From the IMG/VR virus record IMGVR_UViG_3300038492_000068, positions 1 through 42,473 of that record: DNA of 42,473 bases, one strand, 5' to 3'. Under the pieces are notes generated by a model, which was given only the letters and a program-made list of their open reading frames with translations, made no database searches and had not been told where the DNA came from. The position numbers were made by a program, and so were the translations under genes. Below, in pieces: positions 28,146-38,433 of the stretch (position 1 is the first letter of the stretch; every line of letters starts with the position of its first letter). The stretch is from a virus. Lineage: Duplodnaviria; Caudoviricetes.

Positions 28146-28857
28146 GGATGAATCCTCGGTAGTGCAGGTTCCACACAGCAGTGGCGTTCCCGACGGAGTC
28201 GTTGACTTTGAAGACAACAGAACTGTTACAAGGAACAATCAGCATAGCTGGGAATGTCACAACTTCGTTTGTAGCGTCGTTGTTATGTCTGTGCCTCAGA
28301 GACCAAGTAGAATCATTAGTTGCTGGGGTAACATCTCCGTCCGATACGTAAAGCAGGGCTTGAGATGTAGAGGTTGAGCTGGATGTCATAGTGAGTTCAG
28401 ACACTAGAATCAGGGCGCGAGGGTTGGCAGCAGTAGGGACGTTATCTAGGGCTGTCCAGATATTGTCTGCGCCTGACCCGGTAGGTCCGATAGACTCGAA
28501 GCCTGTGACGTTATAAACATCAATAGGAGACAGGCTGAGGGTTCCGTCTACTAGCTGTACGTTACCTCCGCGGACATGACTGGTTTGCACGGCGTATTTA
28601 TCGACCTTGGTATTCAGGGCTGTTTGCACTACCCCCGATAGACTATCAACATCCGCCGAGTCAATACCACTGTCTACGATGTCGCCACTGCTGTCTAGCT
28701 CTATAAGGTTTCCGGAAGTCCCTCCGATAATCTTGTTAGCTTTAGTACCAATAGCTGTAGCAATATTGTCAAACTCAGTGTCGTGGTCGGCACCAAGGAT
28801 TGTGTCATCGGCTGCGTCCTTAGCAGCGCCACCAAAGGTGTTTGTATAATCTGTCAC
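28138..28857 (-). CDS. Tail appendage/fibre paralog 1
   Basis: MTDYTNTF..AAKDA..DHDTEFDNIATAI.TKA virion-attachment-like N-terminus. Confidence 0.65.
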   Translation of the reverse strand: MTDYTNTFGGAAKDAADDTILGADHDTEFDNIATAIGTKANKIIGGTSGNLIELDSSGDIVDSGIDSADVDSLSGVVQTALNTKVDKYAVQTSHVRGGNVQLVDGTLSLSPIDVYNVTGFESIGPTGSGADNIWTALDNVPTAANPRALILVSELTMTSSSTSTSQALLYVSDGDVTPATNDSTWSLRHRHNNDATNEVVTFPAMLIVPCNSSVVFKVNDSVGNATAVWNLHYRGFIHD

Positions 28858-30380
28858 AGTCCAAGTCTCCCGAGCTTAGCAAGAATGTCGATACGTTGAA
28901 GACCAAAAGCTAGGCCGTTGATGTCAGTGGTGAATCCTACTTTAATAACCTGACCCGCTGATCCTACAGGATTCCGAATACGCTCGAACCCACCGCCGAG
29001 AACGTAGCTGTAGTTACCTCCCCAAGTAAAGTTACCCCCATAGCGCGGAGGCTCGTCACCTGAGAAGTTCATGGTTACGTTGTTGAAGGTGCTGGTATAG
29101 TCGAAGGCCCACTTGAAGGACACTGTCCCTCCCGGAGTACCAGACGCGAGCATACTCACGCTCTTCGGAATCTTGATGAAGTTACTTACTTCCTCTCCAA
29201 AGTCGTTCCACACCCCTTCATAATCAATTGTGTAAGAAGAGCCACCAGAGCCAGAAGAGCTAACCCCGTCCTTGTACCCTGTATAGGTAGACAGGTAGCC
29301 CGCAGTGACAGCCATATACATTGTGTTGTCAAGGGCATAGTGTAGAGCAGTAGGGGAGATGTCCCACTTAGTTGCTCTCCACGTCCCATCCTCGTTTGTA
29401 AACCTACGGTCGAAGTAGTAAGTCTTTCCGGCTGTAGGTAGGCTGACAATGTAAAAGCCCAGACGTTCATTGTAGCAGGACTTCACCTGCACAGCGGTCT
29501 CACCGTCTAGGTCGTCGAGAAAGTCGTCTCTGACGTGCTGTGAGAGGTCTGTAAGGGGCATCGATTGCTCGATGACGGTACGCTTCAGGGAGCGGAGTCC
29601 GGAGTTAGACACGAACACAAGGTCATCACCGACTAGCTGAATAGTGTCGCGGTAAGGGCAGCCGATGCCGGCAATACCTTCCACGATAGTCATGTTAGTA
29701 GGGTCGTCGGCGTTCTCGTAGATGATGATTGAGTGTTTGCCGAATACGATAAGCATTCCGTTGAAGTCGTGGATAGCTACAGCCTCGTCCATCCCGTCAG
29801 GCCAGTATTGCGCCAGCTCTAGAGAGCCGCTTGAGCCACTATCGAAGTCATTAATCAGGAGGTCAGAGTAGTAGAGCGTGCTTTCGAACACCGTCCACAG
29901 GCGTCCAAAGGCCGCGTGAACCATAGACCCGTCGTATTGAGTCCCGCTACTGTCGGCGAAGGAGGGGGATGTCGCGGAAGTTGTAACGATAGGGGAGTGG
30001 CCGTCTTGAAAGCCCACACACCAACCGTTGAAATTGACAAACTGCCAGTCGTCTCCTGTAGGGGTGGTGATTGTACCAGACACATCAGTCATGGTTCCAC
30101 TTACTTCTTTGTAAATCTTATTGTCGCAGGCGACGAGGTTCACTTTATTCCCGTCCCCGTCGATGTACTCGTGGATAGCCCGGACAGTAGGCGAGCTAGT
30201 GATGACTGTGCCGTTTACTTGGGCGTCCCCCTTGCGGGCAGCGAGGCGTCCTACCTCGTCGAACACGAAGTTCTCAGCCTTGGTCGCCCACCCCATAGGA
30301 AGGACAGAGCCCGCTCTCTGGGTGTTCAGCCCAAAGAAGCCCGGAGCGCTGATAGTTAGAGGAAGAAGCGGCTTAGCCAT
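28854..30380 (-). CDS. Tail hub/stabilisation protein (P22 gp10-like / tubular B-like)
   Basis: APGFFGLNTQ, GRLAARKG, GIGC...DTIQ; beta-rich; follows the adaptor gene. Confidence 0.7.
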   Translation of the reverse strand: MAKPLLPLTISAPGFFGLNTQRAGSVLPMGWATKAENFVFDEVGRLAARKGDAQVNGTVITSSPTVRAIHEYIDGDGNKVNLVACDNKIYKEVSGTMTDVSGTITTPTGDDWQFVNFNGWCVGFQDGHSPIVTTSATSPSFADSSGTQYDGSMVHAAFGRLWTVFESTLYYSDLLINDFDSGSSGSLELAQYWPDGMDEAVAIHDFNGMLIVFGKHSIIIYENADDPTNMTIVEGIAGIGCPYRDTIQLVGDDLVFVSNSGLRSLKRTVIEQSMPLTDLSQHVRDDFLDDLDGETAVQVKSCYNERLGFYIVSLPTAGKTYYFDRRFTNEDGTWRATKWDISPTALHYALDNTMYMAVTAGYLSTYTGYKDGVSSSGSGGSSYTIDYEGVWNDFGEEVSNFIKIPKSVSMLASGTPGGTVSFKWAFDYTSTFNNVTMNFSGDEPPRYGGNFTWGGNYSYVLGGGFERIRNPVGSAGQVIKVGFTTDINGLAFGLQRIDILAKLGRLGL

Positions 30381-31037
30381 TTAGATATACCAGTCTGTTT
30401 CACCGGGGAATAGGGCGGCGTCCATTGCGATAGCGTCGGAAAGTGCAAGCTGGTAGTCGCTCTGCACCTTTAACACTTGGTTGCCGTTGTCGTCGCCACG
30501 CTCTTCTAGGGCCTTCGCCCACGCTCCTAGCTTAACAGGCCAATCAGGGACACTGAGGGTCTCCGATCCTGTGCTGAAGTCCGACTGAGGAACGACGAGT
30601 TCAAAATTGATTGTGTAGATTCCATCCGGGATAGGATAGAATGTTACATACGGGTCTTCGTTTGAATCGAACCCGCTGAAATAAAAGTATGACGGTTCGT
30701 TCTGGGTGGTGTTATTTAGAAGAGCTTCCTTCATCCATTGGGCATCTTTCTGATAGATGCGCCCCAGATTGGTAGCGTCATACACGGAATAATTTGGGTG
30801 TTGGAGCTTGAATCTCTTGCCCGCTCCAGTGAGGGCGTATTGCTGAGTCCCGGCTGCGGTAGTAACCGATGTAGTGGTGCGCAGTACGTTCCACTTCCAA
30901 GCGTCCTCTACTTCCCTCTTCGCCTCATTGACGAAATCGCCGACTAGGGTGGCGTAGGTAGTAGATGTGGGCCCAGCCACTTCGCTCTCCCGCATCTTTC
31001 GAAGGACGAAGTTGATTAGATTGGTATATGTAGCCAT
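30381..31037 (-). CDS. Head-tail adaptor / tail tubular protein A-like
   Basis: TY..LIN.VLRKMRE, FVNEAKREVEDAWKW, YPIPDG.Y. Confidence 0.75.
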   Translation of the reverse strand: MATYTNLINFVLRKMRESEVAGPTSTTYATLVGDFVNEAKREVEDAWKWNVLRTTTSVTTAAGTQQYALTGAGKRFKLQHPNYSVYDATNLGRIYQKDAQWMKEALLNNTTQNEPSYFYFSGFDSNEDPYVTFYPIPDGIYTINFELVVPQSDFSTGSETLSVPDWPVKLGAWAKALEERGDDNGNQVLKVQSDYQLALSDAIAMDAALFPGETDWYI

Positions 31038-31055
31038 GTTTTTCCTCAGCAGGAA

Positions 31056-31073
31056 GGGGGCCCGAAGGCCCCC
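31056..31073 (-). terminator. Hairpin terminator/attenuator after the capsid genes
   Basis: GGGGGCC-TTCG-GGCCCCC on the minus strand with a short pyrimidine tail. Confidence 0.6.
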
Positions 31074-31080
31074 GTCCGTC

Positions 31081-31359
31081 TTACATTACGTCGTAAGGTA
31101 CAACCTTGACGCGGAGAGTTCCCGAGCCTAGGTCGATTGTGCCCCCTGTATTGTTACTCAGGGACACGGTAACGGTGTCGGCCGCAGTGACTTGAGCAGA
31201 AAGCTCAAGGTCACTTACGTCGATACTGAAAGAGACGAAGGCAAAGTCGCCTAGCTTAGCGCCAGGAACTGTGACTTCGAACGCCTCTTCATTACCGTCC
31301 AGCATAGAAGCTGGGTTTACCGTAGACGTTACGAGTGGATAGCCTGATAGTCTACTCAT
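31081..31359 (-). CDS. Putative capsid decoration/minor head protein
   Basis: Beta-rich 92 aa (VTVPGAKLGD..VTAADTVTV), directly after MCP, GGAGG RBS. Confidence 0.6.
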   Translation of the reverse strand: MSRLSGYPLVTSTVNPASMLDGNEEAFEVTVPGAKLGDFAFVSFSIDVSDLELSAQVTAADTVTVSLSNNTGGTIDLGSGTLRVKVVPYDVM

Positions 31360-31372
31360 GCATCACCTCCGA

Positions 31373-32326
31373 TTAAGAAGGTACGGCAAAAGCAACACCA
31401 GCATCATCACGAAGCTCTCCAACACCGTAGATTGTGTCCGCGGTGAAGAGATCAGCAAGATACTGTTGCATGTAGCTCGCTTGTGAGCGAACAGACATTT
31501 GCTCAACGTGCGCAATGGCGTCCTTGTGCAGGAGGCATCCGATGCGGTAAGTTGTGCTTGTGTCAGCAGCAGTTTCTGTCGGGCAGTTCGATGTTACGAA
31601 GACTTTAATCCCGTAAATATCACCGATCATACCTGTGCGGATAGTGTTTTGACCACCCATTTCACCTACAAAGGCTTGCTCAGTGAAGCGTGCGAGACCC
31701 ATAAGGTTGTTACGCTCTACCGGCGGAACGATGAGACTACGATCTGTTTGAGGCACGTCGGCGTCATCCAGAGTTTGAACCATCTTACGGATACCCGTGT
31801 CTGACAGGGTAGAACCGTTACCAGTGTTAGTGTTGGCAGTTTGGTCGTAAGCGGTAGAACCGTCACCACCGATAACCGCACCGGCCCATGCGCCTGTTCC
31901 CGAGGCACCACCACCTTGCAGGGATTCCCACTGGGCAGCGAGGTCGTCGTCTACCTGCTTGGCTAGGGCGTACCCAGCGTCGTCAGTGTAGAACGCACGG
32001 AAAGAGTCGATAGCCTGTACGCTCAGCAGGTCTTCAATAAGACGAGAATACTCGTAGTGCTTATCGATGCTGAGAGTGATCTCTGAAGCATTTTCAGTGA
32101 TCAGCGTTACAGTGTCTTCGGTTGCCTTCACAGAGGCAGTACCGCGTGTAGGCTTCGGAATGTGAATGGTATCACCTTTCTTACCTACGTGGTTGATTCT
32201 TGTTACCAGATTAGCGATAACAAGGTTCTTCTTATATGCCCCGATAACATCGTCCGACCACAGCTCCGGGATAAACTCGGCGTTGGTCGTAATGTTATGG
32301 GCACCTGTTGGGCTAAATGCAGCCAT
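31373..32326 (-). CDS. Major capsid protein
   Basis: FIPELWS, KKGDTIHIP, GYALAKQVD, G.IGDIYGIKVFVT, DTIYGVGELR. Confidence 0.9.
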   Translation of the reverse strand: MAAFSPTGAHNITTNAEFIPELWSDDVIGAYKKNLVIANLVTRINHVGKKGDTIHIPKPTRGTASVKATEDTVTLITENASEITLSIDKHYEYSRLIEDLLSVQAIDSFRAFYTDDAGYALAKQVDDDLAAQWESLQGGGASGTGAWAGAVIGGDGSTAYDQTANTNTGNGSTLSDTGIRKMVQTLDDADVPQTDRSLIVPPVERNNLMGLARFTEQAFVGEMGGQNTIRTGMIGDIYGIKVFVTSNCPTETAADTSTTYRIGCLLHKDAIAHVEQMSVRSQASYMQQYLADLFTADTIYGVGELRDDAGVAFAVPS

Positions 32327-32340
32327 TTATACAAGTCTCC

Positions 32341-33159
32341 TTAAATAACTCTACCTTCGGCGTAGGCTTGCATAATTTCGTCACGCATTGACTCGTATCG
32401 TTGAGGCTGATGGAGTTTCATGTGGATCAGGTCGGAGCGCTTGTACTTCTTTTTCGGCGCTTCACCGGAACCACCCCTTTCAACAGATGCATCCTTGAGG
32501 GCACCCTTGGCTTTCGCATCTCGCTCGGCCGTGGCTTCCTCGTTGGTCACCCGCTTCGTCTGCTTGTACAGGGACAGCAGGTCATCAGCTTCGTCCACGT
32601 CGTTGTTGACGTGAGCTTGCTGTAGACGAGCTACTCGGGCGGGCTTCTCAGCTAGCCACTGCTGGAACTCCGGAGATGCAACAACATCGTCCGCATCCGA
32701 GTGGCGCTTGATTAGCTCTTCACGAGCATCTTGCTGTGCCTGTGTTGCGAGCTTCTCTTCGAGGCTCTTCAGGCGAGGGTTCTTCTCCAATGCTTTCTCA
32801 ACAGCCCGTGACGGGCTTTCGACGAAATCATTAAAATCTACTTCGGTATCATCAGAATTCCGCTCGACAGTTTGTTGTTGAGCGGGGCTATAACGGTCCT
32901 GAAGAATCTGGTCCGTCAGTCTACGCAGCTCGCCTACTTCGTTGTTCTTCTGTCCGAGAGCTTTTTCGACGTGGAGGTAGGACTCTACCACCTCTTCGAG
33001 GCTCTTGTTCTGAAATTTCTCAGGGACTTGGAACTTTGGCTTTTGGTCTTCGACATTGTCTTCGACCTTAGCTACTGGTGTTTCGACGACCTCTTCAATA
33101 GGGTTACCGTCTTTGTCGTAGAGGCTGACTTCCGTCACTTCCTCAGTTACATTTTCCAT
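32341..33159 (-). CDS. Scaffolding protein
   Basis: PEKFQNKS, NEVGELRRL, C-terminal EIMQAYAEGRV; acidic; upstream of MCP. Confidence 0.85.
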   Translation of the reverse strand: MENVTEEVTEVSLYDKDGNPIEEVVETPVAKVEDNVEDQKPKFQVPEKFQNKSLEEVVESYLHVEKALGQKNNEVGELRRLTDQILQDRYSPAQQQTVERNSDDTEVDFNDFVESPSRAVEKALEKNPRLKSLEEKLATQAQQDAREELIKRHSDADDVVASPEFQQWLAEKPARVARLQQAHVNNDVDEADDLLSLYKQTKRVTNEEATAERDAKAKGALKDASVERGGSGEAPKKKYKRSDLIHMKLHQPQRYESMRDEIMQAYAEGRVI

Positions 33160-33219
33160 AATAGTTTCCGCCTTTCGGTTAGGGTTATCACCGGGAGACT
33201 ATGGAGAGTCCTTGACCGG

Positions 33220-33450
33220 CTAGTCTTTTGGCAGGGCACGCCCCGCCTTCTCATGGTCCCGTGCCCACTTGTCGTAGGCGTCGGGGAAGCCCGGATCAGT
33301 TCCATCCAGTCTAGAGCGCACTGGACTGATTTGCCGGACTAATGCGCCACCACACTCAGGGCATGGCAGCGTGTGGACTGAACTTTTCACCAGCTCTTCG
33401 CTGGCGTAAGAACAGTCGCAGCATTCAAAATCAAATAATAAGAGGCTCAT
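33220..33450 (-). CDS. Zinc-ribbon protein (FmdB-like)
   Basis: FDFECCDC...CPECG...DPGFPDAYDKW; likely start 33450. Confidence 0.7.
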   Translation of the reverse strand: MSLLLFDFECCDCSYASEELVKSSVHTLPCPECGGALVRQISPVRSRLDGTDPGFPDAYDKWARDHEKAGRALPKD

Positions 33451-33691
33451 CGTCTGACTCCGTTTGCTGTTGTTGCGCTTTCCAAGCGGCACGGACTAGG
33501 TTTTCGTACCCGACGACAGCTCGGAGCTGGGTCATACGACCACGAGCAAACTGCCACTTATCGTTGGTGTCGGCGTAATCCACGGCTGCGTCCTTTAGTG
33601 CTGTCAGCAGCTCTTCCGCTTCCTCGATATAAGACTTCCACGCGGGAAGTTGGAACATGTCTAGCATGTCCTCGTACTCTTTCTCTGTCAT
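33431..33691 (-). CDS. Conserved hypothetical protein downstream of portal
   Basis: AGGAG RBS; MF..PAWK..IEE and FARG motif. Confidence 0.75.
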   Translation of the reverse strand: MTEKEYEDMLDMFQLPAWKSYIEEAEELLTALKDAAVDYADTNDKWQFARGRMTQLRAVVGYENLVRAAWKAQQQQTESDDEPLII

Positions 33692-33707
33692 GGTTCTCCT
33701 TTATGGG

Positions 33708-35735
33708 CTATGACTTTTTAATTTTCCCAGCCAGCGCCACGCGTGCTTTACGCTGCGAGTCGCGTTCGGACTGAGACATTTGGACAGCGGTTACGAGACT
33801 GTCCTGCTCCTGCTCGGCGAGTGCCACTTGGGCATCGAGAGCAATCTTGCGTGCCTTGAGTTGAAGCTCTTGACGCTCCAGTTCGAGGCGTTGAATTTCC
33901 AGTTGAAGGTCTTTGTTGTCCTTGTCTGCCTTTTGAGCCAGCTTCGCCTGTTCGAGCTGAGCCTTCACTTCGATCTCTTTCATCTGGATAGCAACGAGAG
34001 GATCGGGCTCTGGGTTAGCTTGCTTCTGTAGACTGATCTGCATCATCTGATCAATTACGGGCAGCATCTCTTCGCGGATAGTTAGGTCGCTGTTTTGGAA
34101 CAGACCCTTCAGCAGCATCCAGAACGCAGGGCTTTCGGCCGGTACGGTCTTCAGCATGTTAGCTAGGTTCTGCTGTTCCATTTCCCGAGCCATCATACCA
34201 AGAGTGCTATTTACGTTAAACGTCACGTCCTCAATAGGATAGCGGTCGGGAGCGAACTGCATATATCTCCACGCGCTCTTGTTGATAAACGGCTTGGTGA
34301 AGTTTCTCTCGATGTTGGCGAGGGTGCGCTTGCTGCGCTTGATAGCCCCGCCTTGGATCATGCTCATTCCGCCGAAAGTTTCGTTACGACGGTTCTCCCC
34401 GATTGGTGTGGCAGAGTCCATTGCGCCTGTACCCATTTGCACCATGCGCTCCAGTTCCCCGCTCTGACTGAACGTGGTAGGAGATACTTGGCCGAAGGTG
34501 AACGGCATCAGGATGTCCTTGGGGTTGCCATTGGTAAGAACATTACGGCCCGGAGCAACCTGGAAGTTGGCACCACGGGGCATACGGCTGGCGTCCATCG
34601 CCATCATCGGGTGAATGGACAGAGCCATCGCATCAATCCGACCACGCATTTCCGCGTCAAGAGCCTTCTGGGCGTTGTAGCCCTTCTCAGCGATACCGCG
34701 GCCCCAAAAGCGGTTAGGCACAGTGTCGTGCTGGTACGCTACGAAGCAGCGGTCTTTCATCAGGTACGGGTTTTCGATGGCGCGGAGAAGCTCAGTCCCA
34801 TTGGCGATAGTGATAACGGCCTCTACTAGGTCTGTTTCGTCAACGATGAGGTCCTCTTCGTCCAGCTCGATCTCTTCGTCGAACGCTTCAACCTCCAGCA
34901 GGAGGGAGCGCGGAACGAGACCGTGGTACTCAACAATCAGGGTCTTATCTTCTTCCCGAGAGTCTCGGCTCAGGCTGTCCTTATCAGTCTGAGAGCTGAG
35001 CGAACCGACGATGCTGTCGGTGTACGCGCCGATAGGTACGTTGCGGTAGGTACCGCTCATCTGCTTAGTCTGAACTACGTGCTTCGGAACCACAGTGATA
35101 TGCGCCATTCCTAGAGCCTCGTCAATAGTACGGGCTGTTGGGTCGATGACGAATTCCTTCGGACTGACAGGCACAAGGGAGACACGGACAGTGTCTCTTT
35201 CTTCCACACCGGCCTCATCAATATCGGAATCACCGATACGATTAGGCACCACACGACGCTCTGTAGCTTCGCGCAGGATCAGCTTGCCAACTCCTGTTCC
35301 GTACAGAGCACCGTTCAGGAACACCTCGGAAACAGACGCACGGACATTCTCCTTGTCAAAATCCTCGTCGAGCTGGTCACGCCACATCTGGATGTCGGCG
35401 GACTCTGTATCCCCGTAGTTATCTGACACGTCAAACCACTTCCCACCGCCAAAGGTAGCTTCTTCTAGCTCAGCAACAGTGGACTCGATGGCCTGTGACA
35501 GGGCGGGGGAGATGAGTTTACTTCTCTCAGAGTGTCGGGTCTTGTCCTCAGACGCCCAGATGCCGCGCCATAGTCGATAGTATTCGTCCCAGTGCGTGTC
35601 TAGGTTTTGCTTACGGAAATCTTCCCAAGCTGTGACGCGAGTCATAACCCATCTTACAAGGCTGCCCGGACTGGCTGTCCGCTGCTGTTGTGCCCCATTA
35701 GTAGGGTCTACTACAATGTCTGTTCGTTTTGCCAT
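33708..35735 (-). CDS. Portal protein
   Basis: 675 aa; YGTGVGK, DTVPNRFWGRGIAEKGYN.QKALD; C-terminal coiled coil. Confidence 0.9.
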   Translation of the reverse strand: MAKRTDIVVDPTNGAQQQRTASPGSLVRWVMTRVTAWEDFRKQNLDTHWDEYYRLWRGIWASEDKTRHSERSKLISPALSQAIESTVAELEEATFGGGKWFDVSDNYGDTESADIQMWRDQLDEDFDKENVRASVSEVFLNGALYGTGVGKLILREATERRVVPNRIGDSDIDEAGVEERDTVRVSLVPVSPKEFVIDPTARTIDEALGMAHITVVPKHVVQTKQMSGTYRNVPIGAYTDSIVGSLSSQTDKDSLSRDSREEDKTLIVEYHGLVPRSLLLEVEAFDEEIELDEEDLIVDETDLVEAVITIANGTELLRAIENPYLMKDRCFVAYQHDTVPNRFWGRGIAEKGYNAQKALDAEMRGRIDAMALSIHPMMAMDASRMPRGANFQVAPGRNVLTNGNPKDILMPFTFGQVSPTTFSQSGELERMVQMGTGAMDSATPIGENRRNETFGGMSMIQGGAIKRSKRTLANIERNFTKPFINKSAWRYMQFAPDRYPIEDVTFNVNSTLGMMAREMEQQNLANMLKTVPAESPAFWMLLKGLFQNSDLTIREEMLPVIDQMMQISLQKQANPEPDPLVAIQMKEIEVKAQLEQAKLAQKADKDNKDLQLEIQRLELERQELQLKARKIALDAQVALAEQEQDSLVTAVQMSQSERDSQRKARVALAGKIKKS

Positions 35736-37015
35736 TAGTATCCTGATACGTCGTCAAGGGGGTTGTACTCCCCGATCATCCAACCTTGGTCGTAGATCGC
35801 TGTGCTGATCTGGTCGATGTAGGCTAGAGCGTCTGGAAGGTCATCGTGCGCCAGTGGGTTCGGGAAGTCAAGGAGCTGATCCTCCAGCTTCTTAACCCAG
35901 GGGGCATCCTTCTTGAATTTGATGCGTCCATTCTGGAATCGCCCTTGCAGGGCCCAGAGGATACGCTCTGTCTTGTGCTGACCACCGTGGGTCAGCGTCT
36001 CGATGCGAGGGTATACACTCATACGTCGCATCTGGTCTTCTAGGTACGGCATGATAGCGTTCTTCAAGCTGCCCTTCTCGATCCCCACGCACGAGGCGCG
36101 ATACTGTTGAGCTGCCCGGATAATACGGAGAGAGGTTTCCCGCACACCCCAGCGGCCACTGATCATGTCGTGGACAAACCATCCTGAAGGACCTACCTCT
36201 ACGACAGCGATAGCGTGTTCGTCAAGCCGCTTGAGCTTGGACTGCACCATCCCCTGTCCATCACTAAAGCCAGCGGGGTCTACGGTGATGTAGATTGTTC
36301 CCTTCTCTTCTGGCTTGTCAGCGTGCAGGAATTGGTCAGCACTAAATGCACCACCGCCTGCGGCCTCGAAGCTGGCCTCAAACTCTTGACGGAAAGCATC
36401 AGCACTCATACGAGTACGGGCGCGTTCTAGTTCGTCCTCAGAGATGATAGGATTGTCAAGGCTATTAAAGTGGAATGAATCCCACTCTTCTTCACTTTCT
36501 TCCGCCGCGGACACCCAGAGGTCGTAGAAGTGGTTCTTACCATTAGGTGTCCCGATGAATAGAGCTTCGCCTCGGGAGTCGGCCAGGGCCGGACCAATGA
36601 TCATATCCCACACGCTCGGCTTCATGAACGCATATTCGTCAAGCACCACGTAGGCGAGGGAAACACCTCGAAGGGTGTCGGGTCTATCCGACCCTTTGAG
36701 CTTGATAGTACGTCCGTTGATCAGAGTCATGGTGCTGGTGTTCTCATGCACCTTTTTGATCATTCCTTGGGACAGTTCCTTTAGCTGGCCCCAGAGAATG
36801 TCCCGTGCCTGTTGGTAGGTCGGGGCTACGTACCACACTTCCTTACCCTTCAATGGGACCCCGAAGCGGTTTTTAGTCTTAAGTGCTTCTAAAATTAGAG
36901 TGATAGCAGAGAGGTATGTCTTGCCTGCACGTCGGCCCGCCGCGACTACTTTAAATCGAGCGGGTGAAAGGAACACTTCCCTTTGCTTCGCGTGCAGATC
37001 AAACTTTAGGTCCAC
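35735..37015 (-). CDS. terL: Terminase large subunit
   Basis: Walker A AGRRAGKT, Walker B VVLDEYA, FIGTPNG, TVDPAG, HDDLPDA. Confidence 0.95.
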   Translation of the reverse strand: MDLKFDLHAKQREVFLSPARFKVVAAGRRAGKTYLSAITLILEALKTKNRFGVPLKGKEVWYVAPTYQQARDILWGQLKELSQGMIKKVHENTSTMTLINGRTIKLKGSDRPDTLRGVSLAYVVLDEYAFMKPSVWDMIIGPALADSRGEALFIGTPNGKNHFYDLWVSAAEESEEEWDSFHFNSLDNPIISEDELERARTRMSADAFRQEFEASFEAAGGGAFSADQFLHADKPEEKGTIYITVDPAGFSDGQGMVQSKLKRLDEHAIAVVEVGPSGWFVHDMISGRWGVRETSLRIIRAAQQYRASCVGIEKGSLKNAIMPYLEDQMRRMSVYPRIETLTHGGQHKTERILWALQGRFQNGRIKFKKDAPWVKKLEDQLLDFPNPLAHDDLPDALAYIDQISTAIYDQGWMIGEYNPLDDVSGY

Positions 37016-37833
37016 TACTCTTTACCTCTTGGGTCATACCAGCCTAGCGCTCGAAGCTTGAGAAAACCTGTAGCGCTGGTCGCTCGGTAGTGATACTCTT
37101 GAGATGTGTTGACCCACACATTCAATACTACAGAGTCAACCCCGGACGTAGTGACAACTACGGTACGGTTATTATCGGCGGGGGTCGCATCGGCCTCGTC
37201 CGCCCCATACACTCGGACGACATTGACCGCACCGTTGTAAACAAGATCGACGCCTACGATAGCCTCCACTTCAACGCCGGCAGGGACGGTAGCTTGGACG
37301 GTAGCCTCGGTTGTTGAGATGGAGCTTGTGTCCAACGTCTCGATGGGTGCGTGCCAATCAAACCTGTCTTTATGCTGCGAGAAGGCTCGGATATTGTTCG
37401 AGCTGTCGGTCGCAATACTACCTACCCGGCGATAATAGATGTAATCGGTGGCGTCCGCTAGCAGGTTCGTCGCAGTAAGGCTGGTATCAAAGCCAGCATC
37501 AACCGTCCCGTCCGCCTTCCTGAGGACAAACACATGATACCATGTATCAGCCGACAGGGTTAGTCCTGATGGGAATCCTCCAGCATCGTCACCCTCTGCC
37601 CAATCCACGTCGATCTGCTTGGTCAAACTGGATGTTGTAGAGATGACGTTATCGTTGGTACTATCCATCGCAGAACCAGCGGCAATATCTAGATCGTGGT
37701 CCGCGTCTGTAGCGTTATTCGACAGCGTAAACCCGTCGATATAGTTACGCATCAGGTTGGTCAGCCCGTCAAGCTGATCGTACGTCCACCTGCGCCATGT
37801 CGCTGTCTTTGTTGTTGACCCGTAAATAGCCAT
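37015..37833 (-). CDS. Virion structural / tail-appendage-like protein
   Basis: GFTLSNNATDA.HDLDIAAGSA.D, WYHVF, RRVGS; Thr/Asp-rich beta sequence. Confidence 0.6.
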   Translation of the reverse strand: MAIYGSTTKTATWRRWTYDQLDGLTNLMRNYIDGFTLSNNATDADHDLDIAAGSAMDSTNDNVISTTSSLTKQIDVDWAEGDDAGGFPSGLTLSADTWYHVFVLRKADGTVDAGFDTSLTATNLLADATDYIYYRRVGSIATDSSNNIRAFSQHKDRFDWHAPIETLDTSSISTTEATVQATVPAGVEVEAIVGVDLVYNGAVNVVRVYGADEADATPADNNRTVVVTTSGVDSVVLNVWVNTSQEYHYRATSATGFLKLRALGWYDPRGKE

Positions 37834-38041
37834 TAATTTTCTTTTATCTCTATTGAGTCAATCTCATGCGTGGGTATATAAACAGAAGAGCCTTTCAGGA
37901 GCCTGATAAAAAGATACCCTGACCTCATTATCCTGCTCACTTCTCTTTCTGCGAGCCGTTTACTTCCGAAGGTGCCTAGTTTTATTGTTTCTGTATTATG
38001 AGTAGATGTCTTATGGAAGCTAACTTTTAACTCCCAAGGTA

Positions 38042-38224
38042 TTATCCACCCTCATCTGCCTTAAGTAGGCGGATCATCTCAGCCTGACGCCTCATTTCTT
38101 CAATCATACGCTCACCACGCAACCTCCCCGCAGGGGTCAGTTGCGCAGTTGGCTCGACAATCTCGGACTTACTCATCTCGATCTTGTCAAAGATTTGTTG
38201 AAAGAGGCCTCGGGCTTCGGACAT
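38042..38224 (-). CDS. Hypothetical protein
   Basis: TAATG coupling to the upstream small ORF. Confidence 0.5.
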   Translation of the reverse strand: MSEARGLFQQIFDKIEMSKSEIVEPTAQLTPAGRLRGERMIEEMRRQAEMIRLLKADEGG

Positions 38225-38376
38225 TACTTCTTCTGTCCAGCGCCAGGGCGCTTCTCAGTTTCTACATTGCCCTTGAAGTTATCCTTCAGGCCACGCTTGT
38301 AGTCACCAACAGAACCAGGGTTCCACTTAATACCGGGACCCTTGTTTCCTTCATCGATTTTGTTCTTGTCTGACAT
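38224..38376 (-). CDS. 50-aa hypothetical protein (MSDKNKIDEGNKGPGIKW...)
   Basis: Read by hand; AGGA RBS; coupled to the next ORF. Confidence 0.55.
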   Translation of the reverse strand: MSDKNKIDEGNKGPGIKWNPGSVGDYKRGLKDNFKGNVETEKRPGAGQKK

Positions 38377-38391
38377 AATATTTTCCTAGCT

Positions 38392-38419
38392 AGAAAAGTG
38401 TGCAGTCGGAGGCCTGCAC
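38392..38419 (-). terminator. Possible terminator/processing hairpin after the tRNA array
   Basis: GTGCAG-N8-CTGCAC followed by ACTTTTCT on the minus strand. Confidence 0.35.
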
Positions 38420-38433
38420 TTGGCCTATATGTT

